From IMG/VR virus record IMGVR_UViG_3300030419_007201, positions 2,079 to 66,078 of that record: DNA of 64,000 bases. The stretch is one strand, 5' to 3'. The first letter of the stretch is position 1; each line of letters begins with the position of its first letter. Shown here piece after piece: positions 63,823 to 64,000 of this stretch. The position numbers were made by a program, and so were the translations under genes. The stretch comes from a virus. Taxonomy: Duplodnaviria; Caudoviricetes. Under the pieces are notes generated by a model that ran no database searches, was not told the origin of the DNA, and worked only from the letters and a program-made list of their open reading frames with translations.

Positions 63823-64000
63823 GAAATCTTTTGTTTTTCTTCTAACCCTTTGAAATGGTTATGCTCTTGGGTTCTTGCGCTGGAGCCAATCCCAAATGTA
63901 AATGACACAAACCGTGCCAATCAAAAGCTCAATCATTGCGCTCTCCTATGCGTGAATGGGCACTCGCGCGAGCAAAAAATAATATGCACGGGCGAGCAAA

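Noticed and set aside
1-64000. Alternative genetic code (stop-codon reassignment)
   Set aside because: Recognisable enzymes are full length in the standard code, and TAA, TAG and TGA all end genes.

Overview
This window looks like part of a large (jumbo-type) dsDNA phage genome. Host clues (a CglF/GltF-like gene, Cys-rich MopE-type repeats, an RpoH/SigB-like sigma factor) suggest a Myxococcota- or Bdellovibrionota-like host; this is inference. Almost all genes are on the minus strand. Layout: 1-6 kb, baseplate-hub-like and M15-peptidase virion genes plus a gp55-like late sigma factor; 6.4-25.5 kb, a ~19 kb nucleotide-sugar/glycosyltransferase island; 25.5-33.5 kb, nuclease, PhoH, protease, Hsp20, tRNA-Arg(UCU) and tmRNA; 33.5-59.5 kb, a long run of unrelated proteins sharing short N-terminal leaders, plus a tubulin/FtsZ-family GTPase; from ~59.7 kb, an abruptly GC-richer module of short genes, most transcription units with their own copy of one promoter, containing an RpoH-like sigma gene and two candidate structured RNAs. 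The best candidate for an undescribed system is the leader family. About 15 unrelated domains (kinase, HAD, nucleotidyltransferase, P-loop, PPase-like, ParB-like, PGDYG, TMEM65-like and unknowns) begin with MKxLFENWRKY(L/I)xE or a variant, and about 5 more begin with an MKIT...IIxEE-type leader. These resemble the T4 capsid-targeting sequence that is cleaved at (L/I)xE. The leader DNA also carries stop codons in both alternative frames and terminates the upstream gene at 7 junctions. All family calls come from motif recognition by eye; no database searches were run.
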